A stretch of 62,196 bases of DNA, counting the filler, from Vannella sp. (Eukaryota), in the NCBI GenBank assembly GCA_023345925.1. It is 6 parts of 6 records of this genome, joined end to end, with 100 filler letters (N's around TTAATTAATTAA, not from the genome) between each part and the next. Parts side by side here need not be neighbours in the genome. Positions count along the whole stretch, not along the records: positions 1 to 13,822 come from JAJQQN010000154.1; 5 more parts are not named here. One strand, given 5' to 3'. Numbering within the stretch: the first letter of the stretch is position 1; each line of letters opens with the position of its first letter. Shown here piece after piece: positions 1 to 13,300 of the stretch. The position numbers and the translations under genes are program-made. The notes under the pieces are model-generated. The model saw only the letters and a program-made list of their open reading frames with translations. It ran no database searches and was not told where the DNA came from.

Positions 1-272
1 TCTCTTTACTCCATTTCCACAAGAGACTTTGCGAATGCGTTGTCACCATTATGAAGGATTGGACGCAACTTTCCGTCGTCTACGCGCATGCCATTGATCT
101 TGGAGACAATGAGCTCACACAAACATGCCTCCGCTTTGGCTACGAACGATTCCCTGAACTCCTCGACCCCCGACAGTGTCTATCTCGGTCCTCCCCCGTG
201 GATTTGGGCCTCGCTCGGGCTGTCTTTGAGTTCGCCCTTTCCCAGTTTGCTATCATTGACAAGCCTCTCTAA
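1..272 (+). CDS. 3' end of a gene truncated at the window edge; helical segment weakly resembling the helices that follow a BTB domain (BACK-like)
   Basis: Open frame from position 3 to TAA at 270-272 (KRLCECVV...VYAHAIDLGDNELTQTCLRFGYERFPELL). Resemblance is weak. Confidence 0.3.
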   Translation, partial: SLLHFHKRLCECVVTIMKDWTQLSVVYAHAIDLGDNELTQTCLRFGYERFPELLDPRQCLSRSSPVDLGLARAVFEFALSQFAIIDKPL

Positions 273-344
273 ACTGCTTCCATCTGCCTCTCATTTGAAC
301 TGTCAGAAGCCTTCTGTGGGACACTTTCCGTCGTCCTCTTGGCG

Positions 345-2333
345 ATGATGGTCTGGCCTGGGTCGGCGAATGACTGGCGGATGGTCGTACTGCTGGGAAT
401 TGGTATTGCAGTCATCTATGCAGAGTATACGAAGGCTTTTGAGGTCTCAGAACGTACGTGGAGGGAGTGGAGTGGCGAAGAGGACGACGAGGAAGCTAAC
501 GGGGGTCGCAGCGTACCTTTCTAGGGAGGTGGCTTTGCCAGGGATACGTGATGGTGCTCCACAACTTGGCTATGGTACTTTTGTATGATCCAGAGCCTCC
601 AACATGGTTGACTGACGAGAAACTGGACAGGACGCCTCCGATCGACAGTACCGCAACTTCCACCACAACCTGTTGCCTCTGTCGTCCTACTTTCTCTTCT
701 TTTGGGTGGCAAAGAAGATCTGGGAGCGTGTCTCTGGTATCACACGCCTTCAGGCCTCCTTAAAGGAGACGATTGGACTTGCCAAAGACGAATACGCATC
801 GCAGGGTCTTGGGGATGATCCAGCAGAAGACACACGCACAAGAAAACGTATAGCCTTCCTCTACTCCGTTTACTACGGCCTCCAGGGTCTTCTCTTCACC
901 AGTGCCGTTCATGAAGCCACCATTCTGTACTTTATGGCCACTCTGGGCATCTTCTACCTCATCTCCTGTCTTAAAGGACACAAAGCTAACCCAGTACGTG
1001 TCTTTCTGCCCTCCAAGACCTCTGACTGACTCAGACGAAGGCTTTAACGTGGATCTTCGGTATCTTTGTCTTGTTCGCTTGCGACTACTACAAGGGCTTC
1101 CGTTTATGGGACCTATTCCTTGGTCCTGAGCATCCTTTAGCTGTATTGGTGGACGGCATGCGTGGACCTCTCCCTTGGCACGTTTACTACCGAATGACGC
1201 TCCTCCGCGCCGTCTCTTTCAATATGGACAGGTACTGGGCGTGTAACAACGCGCCTACCTTCAAGGTATATGTTGTCTCTGGCTAATCTCACCCCCAGAG
1301 AGTCTTACAATGCCCAGACTGAGGATCCGTTCACCAAAAGGGTGGTGCAGCACCTCCCTAAGGACCTTTTTGGCGTCTGGCAGTTCCTGGCGTATCTTCT
1401 ATTCCCTCCACTGTACATAGCAGGACCCATCATCACATTCAACTGCTTCCAGTCCCAGCTGATCTGCCCAATCCCCACGAACACGACGAAAGTCAAATGG
1501 ACTCAGTTCTTTTGGACTGGATTCATCATTATCGCCCTTGATGTGCTCTTGCATTACAACTGCCTCAATGCTATCAGTCTCTCCTTCGCCTGGAAGGAGT
1601 TTGAGTCACCTTTCAAAGTGGGATTTGTGGGAATGTGGACTTTGCAGTTTATGTATCTCAAGTTCCTTTGTTTCTGGCGCTATTTCCGGACGGTTTCTCT
1701 CTTCTGTGATATTGTACCTCCTGAGAATATGATTCGATGTGTCAAGAACAACTGCACCTTTGCGGGTTTCTGGAAAACGTGGCACGCCAGTTTCAACAAA
1801 TGGACAGTGCGGTACATGTACGTGCCCATGGGCGGTCAGAAGACACAGCACTTTACTATCTGGCTGATTTTTATCTTCATTGGACTTTGGCATGACTTGT
1901 GGTGGAGCTGGGTGGCCTGGGCACTGATGAATTGTCTTTTCTTTACCGTTGAATTGGTCGTCACCTTCTTCTTCAGCAAGCCTTACTGGGACTGGGTCCG
2001 TCGCATTCCTGGATGGGCTATTGTACGAAGCATCTTAGGTGGATGGAACTCTGTTATCATCATGTGCTCCAATCTTTGTATCCTCTTTGGCTTTGACCAC
2101 ATGCCTGATTTCCTTCGGAAGACTTTCTTGGAGCCTGGAGGTCAGTTCTGCTCCTTCTCCACTGTTCCATTTGTTTCTTTTCTCACCCTCTGGTAGCTTG
2201 GGAAGTCTACTTGCTAGTATCTGTGATCTTTGGCCTGGGAGCTCACTTTTCCTGGGAGTTCCGCCGCCGAGAAGAAGTTGCCAAGGCACTGACCTGCCCC
2301 TTTGCTAGTCCCAACACTTCCAAGACATCTTAA
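345..2333 (+). CDS. MBOAT-family O-acyltransferase, GUP1/HHAT-like (multi-exon)
   Basis: Motifs LRAVSFNMDRYW, YLLFPPLYIAGPIITFN, PPENMIRC...FWKTWHASFNKWTVRYMYVPMGG, FIGLWHD (catalytic His). Last exon after intron ~2141-2196 reads AWEVYLL...WEFRRREE...TS* (TAA 2331-2333). 5' exon structure approximate. Confidence 0.85.
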
Positions 2334-2408
2334 TGGACCCAGTAATAATAGTGATGTTCGCGATATATCGTGTATCTTCAGATTGGAGGAGAATGGACAG
2401 GAAAGAGG

Positions 2409-5400
2409 TTACTTTTTGAGGCTTCCGACACCCAACTGGTTCCAGTTGATGTTGTCAAGAACCACGCGGTAGCCTTCCAGTGATTGTTTCTTGACTAGGA
2501 TGCTCTCCAGGAATTGTAGTCGGTTAGGGACGTTGACCCACGTGAGGGCCACGGAGACCCAGACCTCCTTCTCAGAGTCTTTAAGGACGACCATTTTGTT
2601 GACAAAAGTGTCTGCCGCTTCCTTCAAAGTCTGTTCAAAATTGGTGGAGAACTGCCCTTGGGGGTTAGAAAGGCTCCTAAAAGGTCCAATCTTTGTGAAC
2701 TTACGTGGAATGGATCCAAAGTGATGCCAAGGCAGAAGGCGAAGACGACTCGTTCGTCAGAAGCCTTCAAAGTGTACTTGACACGTGGATCTTTCTTGTC
2801 AAAGTGCTTTGCAAGCAGAGACTCGGGTCCGCTTTCGTTAGAACGCAAGATACCGTGGGAAACATCTGCGATTGAGAAGCGATATGGTCCCACCATGTAC
2901 TGGACCGTGTTGAACTGGTCCAGGCGAGATTCGCATGAAGTAGCAACTCCAGAGCGAGCTTGATCATGAAGCAGGAGGAGCGAGCGCAAGTTAAAGAAGA
3001 AAGTAGCTCTATCTTTAAGAGCATCAAGATTCACCTGCTGCAGTCCTGAGAGGGCCACAAGGAAGTCGAAGTAGCCACGAGTGGCACGAAGCTTCGCACA
3101 CTGGACTGAACCGTCACTATCCAGATGGCTCTTGATAAGTCCAACCAAAGTTGTGTGCAGGCTTTGCAAGAGTTCCTCTGGGGCAGTGTTAGGCGTCTTG
3201 ACAATCTGCAAGAGGTTGAGCACATTCGTTTGTGAAAGGAAAGTGAGCATGTAATTGATGCTGTCAGTGTCCTCAAAGGTCTCAGAGCTGTTGAGAGGGA
3301 AGAGCGTCTTGTTGACCACCCATTGAGAGGCGATTTTGACCGCATCAGGGCGGGACTTGCCGCTAGTAGCCACAATGGCGTTTACGATCTCATTGCCAGG
3401 GACTCGGCCTCGAGGGAAGCGGAGAAGGGAGTCGTCAACGAAGAGTTTGAAGAGTTCTTCCAAGTAGGCCTCTTCACTTGCCTCTGCAGAGTCCTTCTTC
3501 TTGGAAGACTTGGGTGTCTTTGGTGTCTTACCAGTAGGAAGCGTCCACGTCACTCCATAGCCATCTATGGGGTCAACCGTGCTGTTCTCATTGGAGTGCC
3601 CAACAGATCCTCCATTCTTGACAATGACTGTCTCCAACTGCTTAATCCAATCAGCCTGCTTCTTGTCCAGCAACTGGAACACGCAATCCTTGCGAGCAGC
3701 TGTCCAGATGTGGAAGGTACCAGATCCGTCGTCTTCTAAGCTCGCCCCTCGCAAGAACACGACACCATCAGCCTTGTCGTCTTCCTCCGCCCGGTAGTAG
3801 TACAATATCGTGCCCTTGAGGACGCAGTACCGCTTGTTGAACTTCTTAACAAAGCCTCCTTGCTTCTTCATCCACCCCTGATACGTGCAACCCTTGCTGG
3901 TGAAGGCCACAGGGGCATCTGAGTAGGCAGCGACGATCTCCTCGTTGGCGAACTGATGAGGCTCTGGGTTATCAAGCGAGACACCTTCGATACGAGCGCG
4001 CTCCTCTGCCCAGGCTCTCATGTCGACTGTGGCCGTGCCTCCGAGGTCCTCCAAGATCTGGTCCTTCTCAGCAAACTCGAAGAGCTCAGCATTGCCACCG
4101 TACAAGTGCACTCTGTCGAGCAAGTCGTCCCCAAGCCAGGGCTTGATGACGCGGAAGATCATTCGGAACAGCCAAGGCGTGTTGGTGGACCAAACAGCAC
4201 CGATTCGGTCAGGATACTGAGCCATAGCCAGCTCAAGCATGAGCTTGATCATACGGAAGTCGTTGTTGTTCTTGTCAAAGCCATTCAAGTCGTTAATGAT
4301 GACAAACTGGCCGACACCAGCGTCCTCTGAGCAACGTTCGATCAGGTACATCCCCATCAGGAGCGTATCCATAAAGTCAATGGAAGGGTTGTGCATACGG
4401 GCACGGAAGACGATGATGGGACGCCCCTTCTTGTCCTTCTTGCCAGTGTAGACCAGCCGTCCGGTTTGGAGCTTGTCCCAAACCTCGTTGATCTTCATGT
4501 CCTTGATGCGGACGTCCTTCTGCCATTGTACATGGGCACGGTACAATGCGTCAGCTGTCTCCAAGTTCCACTGGTTGCCACGGAGGAAGCGCCCAAGTTC
4601 CTCCTGGTCTGCCTCGGGGTTTCTATCGCGGAGGGTGTTGAACATTGTCTGCTGCGCAGGAGTGAGCTCTGAGCCAGAAGTTTGTCCCTCGTGCTGGCTG
4701 CTTTGCTGCGCGGCAGCGAACCAACGGTCGGTGTCAGCTTCGGTCGTACACTTGAACGTGTACAAGCCCACAGGAGACTTGATAGTAACGTCTTTCCCCT
4801 TCTTTGTAGGCTTCGATCCTCTCAAGGAGATGGCTCCCAAAGGCAAGTCACACTGAGTTGGGGTTAGGAAAGACAAGAAAAGCTTCCAGGGGTCAACGCA
4901 CCGGCTGAGAACGGACAACCTGCTTGTCAAAGAAGTAGATGGTATCATCTATAACGATGCAGTACAGTTGTGGGTGGCCTGCAACACGCTCGTCCTCGGC
5001 GCACTCGATCGCAACAAACCCCTCCGTAATGATGGGCTTCTCCAAGGGTCGGCACTACCGTAGACACCATAAATCAGTCCTAAACGATCAACAACGAGCA
5101 ATGAGCCTCACCTGCGCAGTGGCAGTGGTACGCCCAATGAAAGTGCTCAAAGTCTTCTCAAGCGCAGGTACAGCCACTAACTCTGTTCTGGGTGAGAAGG
5201 ATGCATCTTAAAGCAAGTGCAGGTAGGCTTACCACCAAAGTACGAGGTGAGGTTACTCCTGAGTGAGTCCAAGTCGTTGTCGGCTTCAGGGAGAGCAGGG
5301 ACGGAGTCTTTCTTTGCGATCTTCGTCACCTACGATGATTTAAGTGTCCGTTTGAGTGGAGAAGATCCTGAGGATCTAATCCTACCTGCGTGTGAAGAAG

Positions 5401-5532
5401 TTGCACCTCCGCGTAGGAACGGACAACCACCCAACCCCAATGACCAAAGCGAGCGTTCAGGAACAACGCGATCGACTCGTTCTGCTTCACTGATGGGTTC
5501 AACGCTCTCGCCTCCTTCACGCGGATGTCCAT
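2409..5532 (-). CDS. Multidomain lipid-binding protein: PX-like, PH, CRAL-TRIO/Sec14, PH, DEP-like, DUF547 (multi-exon)
   Basis: First exon WVVVRSYAEVQLLHTQ (PX-like). PH1 GAISLRG...DRWFAAAQ. Sec14 LGRFLRGNQWNLE...DKKGRPIIVFRARMH...YPDRIGAVWSTNTPWLF. PH2 YQGWMKKQGGFVKKFNKRYCVL. DEP-like GNEIVNAI...SRPDAVKIASQWV. DUF547 FFFNLRSLLLLH...YRFSIADVSHGILRSN...DERVVFAF. Confidence 0.75.
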
Positions 5533-5681
5533 GGCACTTCAACCGAGATCAAGATAAACTATCCAACAGCCTCCCATTTCCTTCATACAATCCCCATAAT
5601 TTGCCAATCGATTAAGAATGATCAACAAAATAAGGATCCATCGCGTGGAACTGAAGTACTAATTTGGTGCTGTTTCATTGA

Positions 5682-5710
5682 CCAATCAGAGGATCCTCCT
5701 TCCTGATTGG
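5682..5710. promoter_or_regulatory. Inverted pair of CCAAT boxes in a divergent promoter
   Basis: CCAATCAG at 5682-5689 and CTGATTGG at 5703-5710, between the divergent ATGs at 5532 and 5852. Matches the NF-Y/CBF consensus. Confidence 0.5.
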
Positions 5711-5851
5711 TGGATACCCTAGTCTGAATGGCTCGGTCTCCCACCACATTAGGAGTCCTTGAACACGCGGAATTGCAGTTGCCCTTCCTCTGTTCCTGAT
5801 GCAGAAGCGATTCGGGAAGAATCGTGTCACGTGACCTCCAAGATGGGCTGA

Positions 5852-8800
5852 ATGGATCACTATTCTGGGGAGAAGGGGATGTCGACTGTGAGAGGCTCTC
5901 AGAGGGTGCCGAAAGGTGCTTCTCTACCGAGGGGCCGAGTGACTTCAGGGGAAGGACCAACTCCCCTTCACATTGCTACACAGGACGATGACGTCGTCTT
6001 GTTGAGAGTTCTCCTTCGGCAGAACCTTTACAACGTTGATTCAAGAGGCGAGGATAACTTGAGCGCACTCCACATGGCCGCTAATGCAGGGAAACTCGAG
6101 GTATGGCGACTTCACCACTGCCACTTTGCTTTTCACCTCCTCTGGAGTATGGCTGACGATGGCTTAGGCGTGTAAGGTTCTATTACGTGCAGGAGCCGAT
6201 CCCATGCTCAAGACAGATGCTGGGGACACCGCGTTACAGCTCCTTTCCTCTCGATCGTTCGAGAACGAAGCAGCTTACCACAGTGTGGTCGAGATGATGC
6301 TGAAGTGCAGTTGTAGACCACTCCCACGTATAGAGTCTTCAACAACAAGAGTAAGCCACTTCCAGCCCTTGCATGGAGCAGAAACTGACCTTCCCCAGCC
6401 TCGCTCCCACACTGTGGACGTTCCACGCGCTTCCTCGCCTGATAGGTTGGACTACGATGATCCTGAATCTACTGACATGCGAAATACGCCTCCTGTTGAT
6501 CGAGAGGAGGGACAGGAGAGCTCGTCTGATCACTCTAATGGGAATAGCGCCGAGGAGGATACCAGCGACCAGCCATTGACACCTCAGACACCACAGAGGG
6601 GACGATCTCGTCTTCGGAAAATCAAAGTTGAGGCTACTAGTCTATCCAAGAGGCGCCTGAACGAGCACAGGGACAACGCCAACGATCCTGACAGTGAAGA
6701 GGAGCTCCTCACGAAGAAAGGGCATCGTAGGAAGAGCAAGAAGACTTCCGACATCCAAACTGATAGCAGCAGTGGTATTGGTGATGAGAGTGACCCTCGT
6801 TCTGCAAGTGGAGAGTCAGACAGAAGGCGCCGGGTCCTTATTTCCTACCCTCCTTCACCTTTATCAACCGAGTTTGAGTCAACAGACTCTAGTGAGGTTG
6901 GCCACGAATTGTACGTTATCCGGACGGCTTCCTACGACTTTGCAGCGGAGCAGGAGCAGGCTATCACAGAAAGTCCTTCCACCAAGGACATTTTGATCGA
7001 CGCAATGAATCTAAGACGACTGCGTTCACGCTCTATCATGACGCATCTACCTTCTGTCCTCACTCAGCTCCGAGGATCTCCTCAGATACTGAAGAAAAAC
7101 TCCATTATACTCTCTCCACGGCAAAGGTCAAGTTCTTGTGACCTTTTAGCTTCCAACAAAGGGGTCAGTAATAGCGCGATTCGACAGAATTCTGTTTCCC
7201 ACTAACTCACCTGGTTAGCGGGGCTCATTGACTAATTTACATTCTAAAACCTCCGCAATTCGCTTGCTGAAGACCTTATTTACCCCTCCAAGTGACCAAA
7301 GTATGATATTGAATCAGACCCGAGTGTAGTATTAATATTGGCTCACTTTTACTAGCGGATCCGAGCTTTGTGGCGGATTTTCTCCAAATCTCTCGATTCT
7401 TTTTGACTCCCCAGTCACTTCTGAAGCATATTATCATTCGATTTTCCATTCATACAGACGATTCAGTTTCTCAAGAGCTGAACAACTCCATCTTGAAGAT
7501 CCGGACAAGGTATCTCTCTTCCTTCTAATTCAATCGAAAACGGACTAACTGTCTTCCTAGGACCATAGAAGTGATGAAAACATGGCTTGCTAATTACTTT
7601 CCAGACTTTTGGATGCATCCAGATGTTCTGGACAGTGGAGCTCAGTTCCTTGCGGAAATCTCGCAAAGCGATGATCCTCCAGAGACTCTGCCTCGAAGTG
7701 ACATTCTAGAAGCGAAGGACCTTCTAGACAAACTAATTAGCCGGTTTCAGCCTCCACCGCTGTCCTCAAACTCCTTCTCTGTTCAGCTTTTGGATGAAAA
7801 AGTTTCGTCTCTGGATGGAATCACAGCGGAAGACCTTGCGGACGAACTCACACTCTATTTGAAGCAACTGGTTGACTCAATACGACCTATGGACTTCTCT
7901 TTCTTCCACCAAAACCAACACATCGTGATGATTTGCCCAGCCTTGGTGGACTACTACGATAGAGTCGGAAAGCTGCGGCGGTGGATCTGTACAGTCATCC
8001 TCCTCCAGCCTGGCGCCACACGGAGAGTTAGCGTTGTCGAATACTTTATAGCGGTCGCCACAGTAAGAAAAACTATTATGCAGAGAAGCTTTCTCACCAT
8101 CACAATAGCGTTGCTTGGAACATCATAACTATCAAGGAATGCAGGTGATTGTGCATAGTCTGACTTGTGAGAGTATTGGCCGATTACATCGCACATGGGC
8201 TGGGGTTTCCCCAGCCAGAGTGGCTGAGATTCAACTTATTATTAATCTCTTGTCCAAGCTTGAGCTGAGTTCGTTGTTTCAGCTAACCAGTCAACAGGTC
8301 CCCCTTGTACCTGATATAGACATTATCTACCAGGAGATGATGACTCATTGCACCTCTGGCGGAAGAAAACCAAAAGTTAATTTTCGAGAGGCTCGAGGTA
8401 TTATCAAGTTCTTGGAGGAATGCGGCCGTCTGGCCTTTGAAATCGAGAGCAAACCTCAAATATCTCAATTGCTTGGGGATATTGAACCACTTCCAGACGA
8501 GATGCTGCGCCAGCTATCCTGTTCACATGAAAACGAAGTGAATGGCAAGTCTCAGACCATCGAGATGAGAATTCATGGGCTCTATTGTCAGATTGGACAC
8601 GGAGCTCTCTCTGTTACCAAGGGCAAGACAGAGGATTTGCTCGACCTTCTGTTAGACCCAAATCTCTTCATGTTTGTAGTCGGTTGTCACGTTACAAGGG
8701 TGACTGACTTTCTTTAGTTTGGTGCGAGACGTTTCTGAGGAGCTTTTCCTTACTTATAGGTACTACATCTCCTCCAGTAATCTCTGCTTCCTTCTCCTGC

Positions 8801-10273
8801 AGCACCTTCGATTACCTCCTTTAGAGAAGCTGACAATCTCAGAACAAGAAGTGATGATGCGGCGGCATCTCATTACCCGGCGGAAAGTTATGGAATTGAT
8901 CCGGCAGTGGTTCGTCTTGCATCACAAAGAATTAAGGCGTGATTTGGAGTTGAAAAAAGTTATTTTTGAGTTCACTCGCACGACAACACTCCTTTGTGAA
9001 GACGAAGCATTCTTTTTCATCACTCTCCTTCGCAAATTCTTCCAACCAGTTGTATGTCCCCACCTTCTCTTTGGGATTACCTCTAACTCTGTGATAGCGA
9101 GCTGGCGGCAATCGTAAGAAAGAGGGTGAAGAGCATTTCTCTCTCGAAGGCAGCACGGCCTGGACCAAAGAAGCTTTATTTAAGGCTAATTGTAAGTATT
9201 TATTGAAAGGAAAAGCCGTTCTGATGTACCTCCTAGTCCCAAAATTGGCTGCGAAACAAATTTGCCTCATTGAGTCTGATCTCTTCCGCAAGATAACTGC
9301 TATGGACCTCCTCCAATATGCACCTCATGAACAGGCCTCTCGGAGAACCTCTGAGGGCCAAAATCGTGTCGGAAAGTGGTCAGAACGGTTTAACCTTTTG
9401 AGCCGCTGGGTCAGCACCTGTATAGTTACTCAGCGAGAAGTCAGTTCTCGTGCTACGCTCCTGAAACAGTTCATTCGTTTAGGCAATCAATGTGTCGCCC
9501 TGAACAACTTCAATGCCAGCTATGCTATCTTTGCTGCTTTATTTTCCAACCCAATTTCGCGTTTGATTGATACTTGGTCTGAGGTCTCTTCAGTGACCAG
9601 AGCTGAATTTGAAGAACTGAAAACTCTCTTTGACGTTCGTGGTGGGCACAGAAACTACACAGAAGCTCTTGAGGCAGCCCAAGCCCCCATCATTCCTTGG
9701 CTTGGAATCTTCACCAAACACATCTTCTTCATCAAAGAGCATAATGATGATCATGTTGACGGGAATTTAGTGAATTTCTACAAGTTCTCCTCGTTAGTCA
9801 AAGTCATTCGCAAAGTCTTCTCGCTGCAGAAAGTGGAATACGATTTTCTTCCAGACCCTGCTGCCCAGCAACTGCTGAATGACTTCCATCCACTCTCACA
9901 AGATGAAATTGACTCCATCAGTAGGAAGCTGGAAGGAAAAGTACACAATCCACTGTACCAAGCCAATCATTCTCCTTCAATTCCAAGAGCAAAGCGCCCT
10001 ACCAGAACAGAGAGACAGGAAGCTAAATTTATTGGAGGACAGAACGAGTATTCCATTCGATTCGATTCAAAGACCTTTGTTGACGACGAGGGGAGAAAAA
10101 CCACTCACGTCAAGAACCCCCTCTTTAGAAACACCCAAGTCGCAGATCTTTTCAAGCATCATCCAGGGATGTCTCCGACCGGCTCTCCAGATCTGGGAAG
10201 GCGCACTCCACGAACTAGAATCCGAAAAGTGGGACTTCGCTTCTTGTTTGGCGGGGAGCGACCTGAAGTATAA
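5852..10273 (+). CDS. Ankyrin-repeat protein with tandem REM-CDC25 (RasGEF) modules (multi-exon)
   Basis: Ankyrins GPTPLHIA, LSALHMAA, GDTALQL. REM1 (...VMKTWLANYFPDF), CDC25-1 (AEDLADELT...NYQGMQVIVHSL...IGRLHRTW), REM2 (FLTYRYYISS...VMELIRQWF), CDC25-2 (AKQICLIESDLF...FNLLSRWV...NNFNASYAIFAAL...PISRLIDTW...PIIPWLG...LVNFYK). Confidence 0.85.
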
Positions 10274-10314
10274 ACTTGTACATTAGTTTATACGCCCTTC
10301 AAAGAGTCTTCGTC

Positions 10315-13300
10315 TTAAGAAAGGTCGAATGCAGGGAGGAATGCATATTGAGGAGGCTCGTAATTGATCCGGACGTGAGGTGACTTGGACACTAACAAGA
10401 GGACTTCTTTCTTCTCCGAATCGGGCAAGAGAGAGACTAAAATCCTAAACGCCTTCCTTCTCTCGAGTCCTGAGTCATGCGCAAACCACTTGAAGACTTG
10501 TGGGACTGAGATCTGTTTTCTGGGTGAGTTAAAAACTTGGAGCGGGATGGATACTTGCCTCTTTCGTGTTTGGATCCAGATGAATGTTGTTTGAAATAAA
10601 TGAAAGGACGTTCTCTTGGATTTCTAGTTGGCAACTGCCTGAGTGATACACTCGGAGATGAGGATGTGCCGATGTTCCGTTTGCAATTAAGAATGCCAAG
10701 TAAGGCACAGGCACTCGCAGTAGGGATCCTATTCTTGAATTTCCTACCGCAAATTGTGTTGCTATTGTTGCACTAGCAACTCTTTTGGATGGGGGCATTG
10801 CTGCACGGAGAACACAATGCTCAATCTCACTGAGAGAATAGATCTCGCTGTCTATCTCGTAGCAAGCATTGGCTTGTAGTTTCATCCATTTGTCGAAAGA
10901 ATTTGGCTGTCCAACACTCACATAAGCATGGAGCACCAGTGTGTTATAAGTGTTCAGCCAAAAAGTGAGCTTCTGATTGTCTGAGAGATTGTGGACTTTA
11001 ACCAGCTGTAGTTCAGCTGTGTTATTGCAGAATTCCAAAAATTCTGGACTGCTATTTAGCGACTCCAAAGCGTCATCAGTAATGATTCCAGTGCTTGCTT
11101 GTTCAGCGAAGCTGGACTTGTAGATCTTCACGATGCTCTCCAAAAGGAAGGCACCCACTGGCCACGCGGGACGAGGGAGCTTGCCCACATTGCTCCAGTT
11201 AATGGAACGGTTCAGAACAATAACATCCCGATGAGGGTTGTACTCAATGGAAAGGCAGGAAAGCACTTCATCCAAATTATCGAAGAGGCCTGGTTTGACA
11301 TCGTTTTCAGCAAATTGTCTCAAACTTCCTTTGTTTTCGACCAAGAAGCGGCTTACTTCGGTGAGACACTTTGTTCTGACGCTGCTGCTCACCAATTGAC
11401 CTGCAATAGTAGTGGTTTTACGCCTTGTGCTGAACTTTGGGAACGAATCTTCTTTCAGTAGGCAGATAACTTCGAGCTTTGCTGTCTTGAATAGATCACT
11501 GGGATAATCCATCACCCGTTCCTTTATATTTCGAACCGTATCAGTGTTGAGGTTCGCCTCACGTTCCGAGTGGCGCTCAATGTAGAGTTTCATAAGCACA
11601 GGACCAAATACTTGCCGATCCTCTGAGCTCATCCGCTCATATTGCTGCGCGTCCTCCCAGAATTGGAGGTTTTCCACACAGTGAGTCTCTGTTAAGAATT
11701 TGCGGAACTGCTCGCGCTCTTGGGTGCTGTACATGACGACATCAAAGGCAGAGAAAGTGCCACTGACAAGATTAAAGATCTCATCAACAAGAGTCAGTTG
11801 TGAAGGGATGAAATCATTCATCACAGACAGCTCATGGACAGTGGAGAATGGTTTTCCACCAGCCAGGTTCCCCAAAAGCTTCGCTAATACTACATTAGAC
11901 TGAGCAAGACGAGCATCACGACCGGAGGCAGCCTCAGAGACTAATCCGAAAGTAGCTGGGGTAGCAATGACAGGACAAAAGAATTTTTGGAAGAGAATGT
12001 CACCCATTACGTCTCTCCTGTCCTCTGGGTGCTCCAGAACTTCTCCAATGGCAGAACACATATTCCTGAGCTCTGGATTGACATCAAAGGCTGCTTGGCA
12101 TATGGTCACCAATATCTGCTTAGCATAGTGCTCCAGAACCAGTTTGTTCTCTGCTCGAATCTTTTCTAAGGCTGCTGCATTACTTTTGGGGTGCAACCGA
12201 GCGAGATAGGAAGTGCGAACTTCCAAGCTTCGCGTTTCATGTTGCAATTGAGAGAGAATTGGAACTAAAAGCCCCAAACAAGGGTCCCTTGAGTATCTAC
12301 AAAAGACGCCAATCATTTTTCGAAGGATGCTGTCACTTGATAGAAGGGCTGGAAGGTGTTTTGGCTCTATAATCGCGTCACTTAGGAATTGCCCGGCCCG
12401 CCCTGCTGTGTGGAGGAGTTCCACCATGGCAAACCCACTTGCTTCTTGCTTTGTCGATTCAATAAACTGATACACGGCCAGAGAAAGTTCCTGTCGCCTG
12501 GTGAGAAGGTCAACTAAGCTCTTTGCGTTGGTATCCACTTCCACCAGCTTGGCTTTAATGACGACCCGAAAACGCTGTTCCTCTCCTCCCTTCTTGCTTG
12601 CCTGGGGAGAGTCCGGAGATGCAAAAGAAGGCCGTTTTAAGTCAACTAGACACGTTTGCTCGGTCTCTGGTAGACCAGCTTCAAACGAGGTCGAGCCAAA
12701 GCCGAGTAACTCTTCACGGTTTTGCCCAGGAAGGTTCCAGACTTCCACATAAAGGTGTGGCAGGGCGGGAAAGGGTAGCTCAAACGTCTCATTCCATACA
12801 GGAGTCTGTGTGTTGAAGACTGTCCGAGTTCGGAAGGAGTTCTGCTCTTTCTCCCATCGTACCACACAAAAGGACGCCATTGCATCGCGCTTGGGCATTC
12901 CCTCACAGCAGGAAATGGTTGCTACAAGGTTGAGTGTGACAGCTCCTTCCTCTTGAGCTGCTTCCATCCTTCGAGTACGAACGGACTTGGGTTTCGGGAG
13001 CTTCTCGATGTCCCCACCGGACACCTGGATCGCTCTGATGCTCCAGGACTCTCTCAACCCTTCTGTAATGACACGTGGAGCTCGAGTAGGCCCTATCTGG
13101 CGATTGACCTTGATCTTTGCCTCCAACAAGGTCGCCGAGGAAACGCTGCGCTTGGAAGCCAAGCTGAAGCGCGATGAAGAGGGTGATCCCTTCTTGGTAA
13201 GTACAGCGCTGACAACATGCGATCGCAAACGAGGGCTCAGCAAGGGAGGAGCTGAAGGTATCTCTTCCAAGGGCTCTTCCCTTACGATAGGCCCGCAGGA

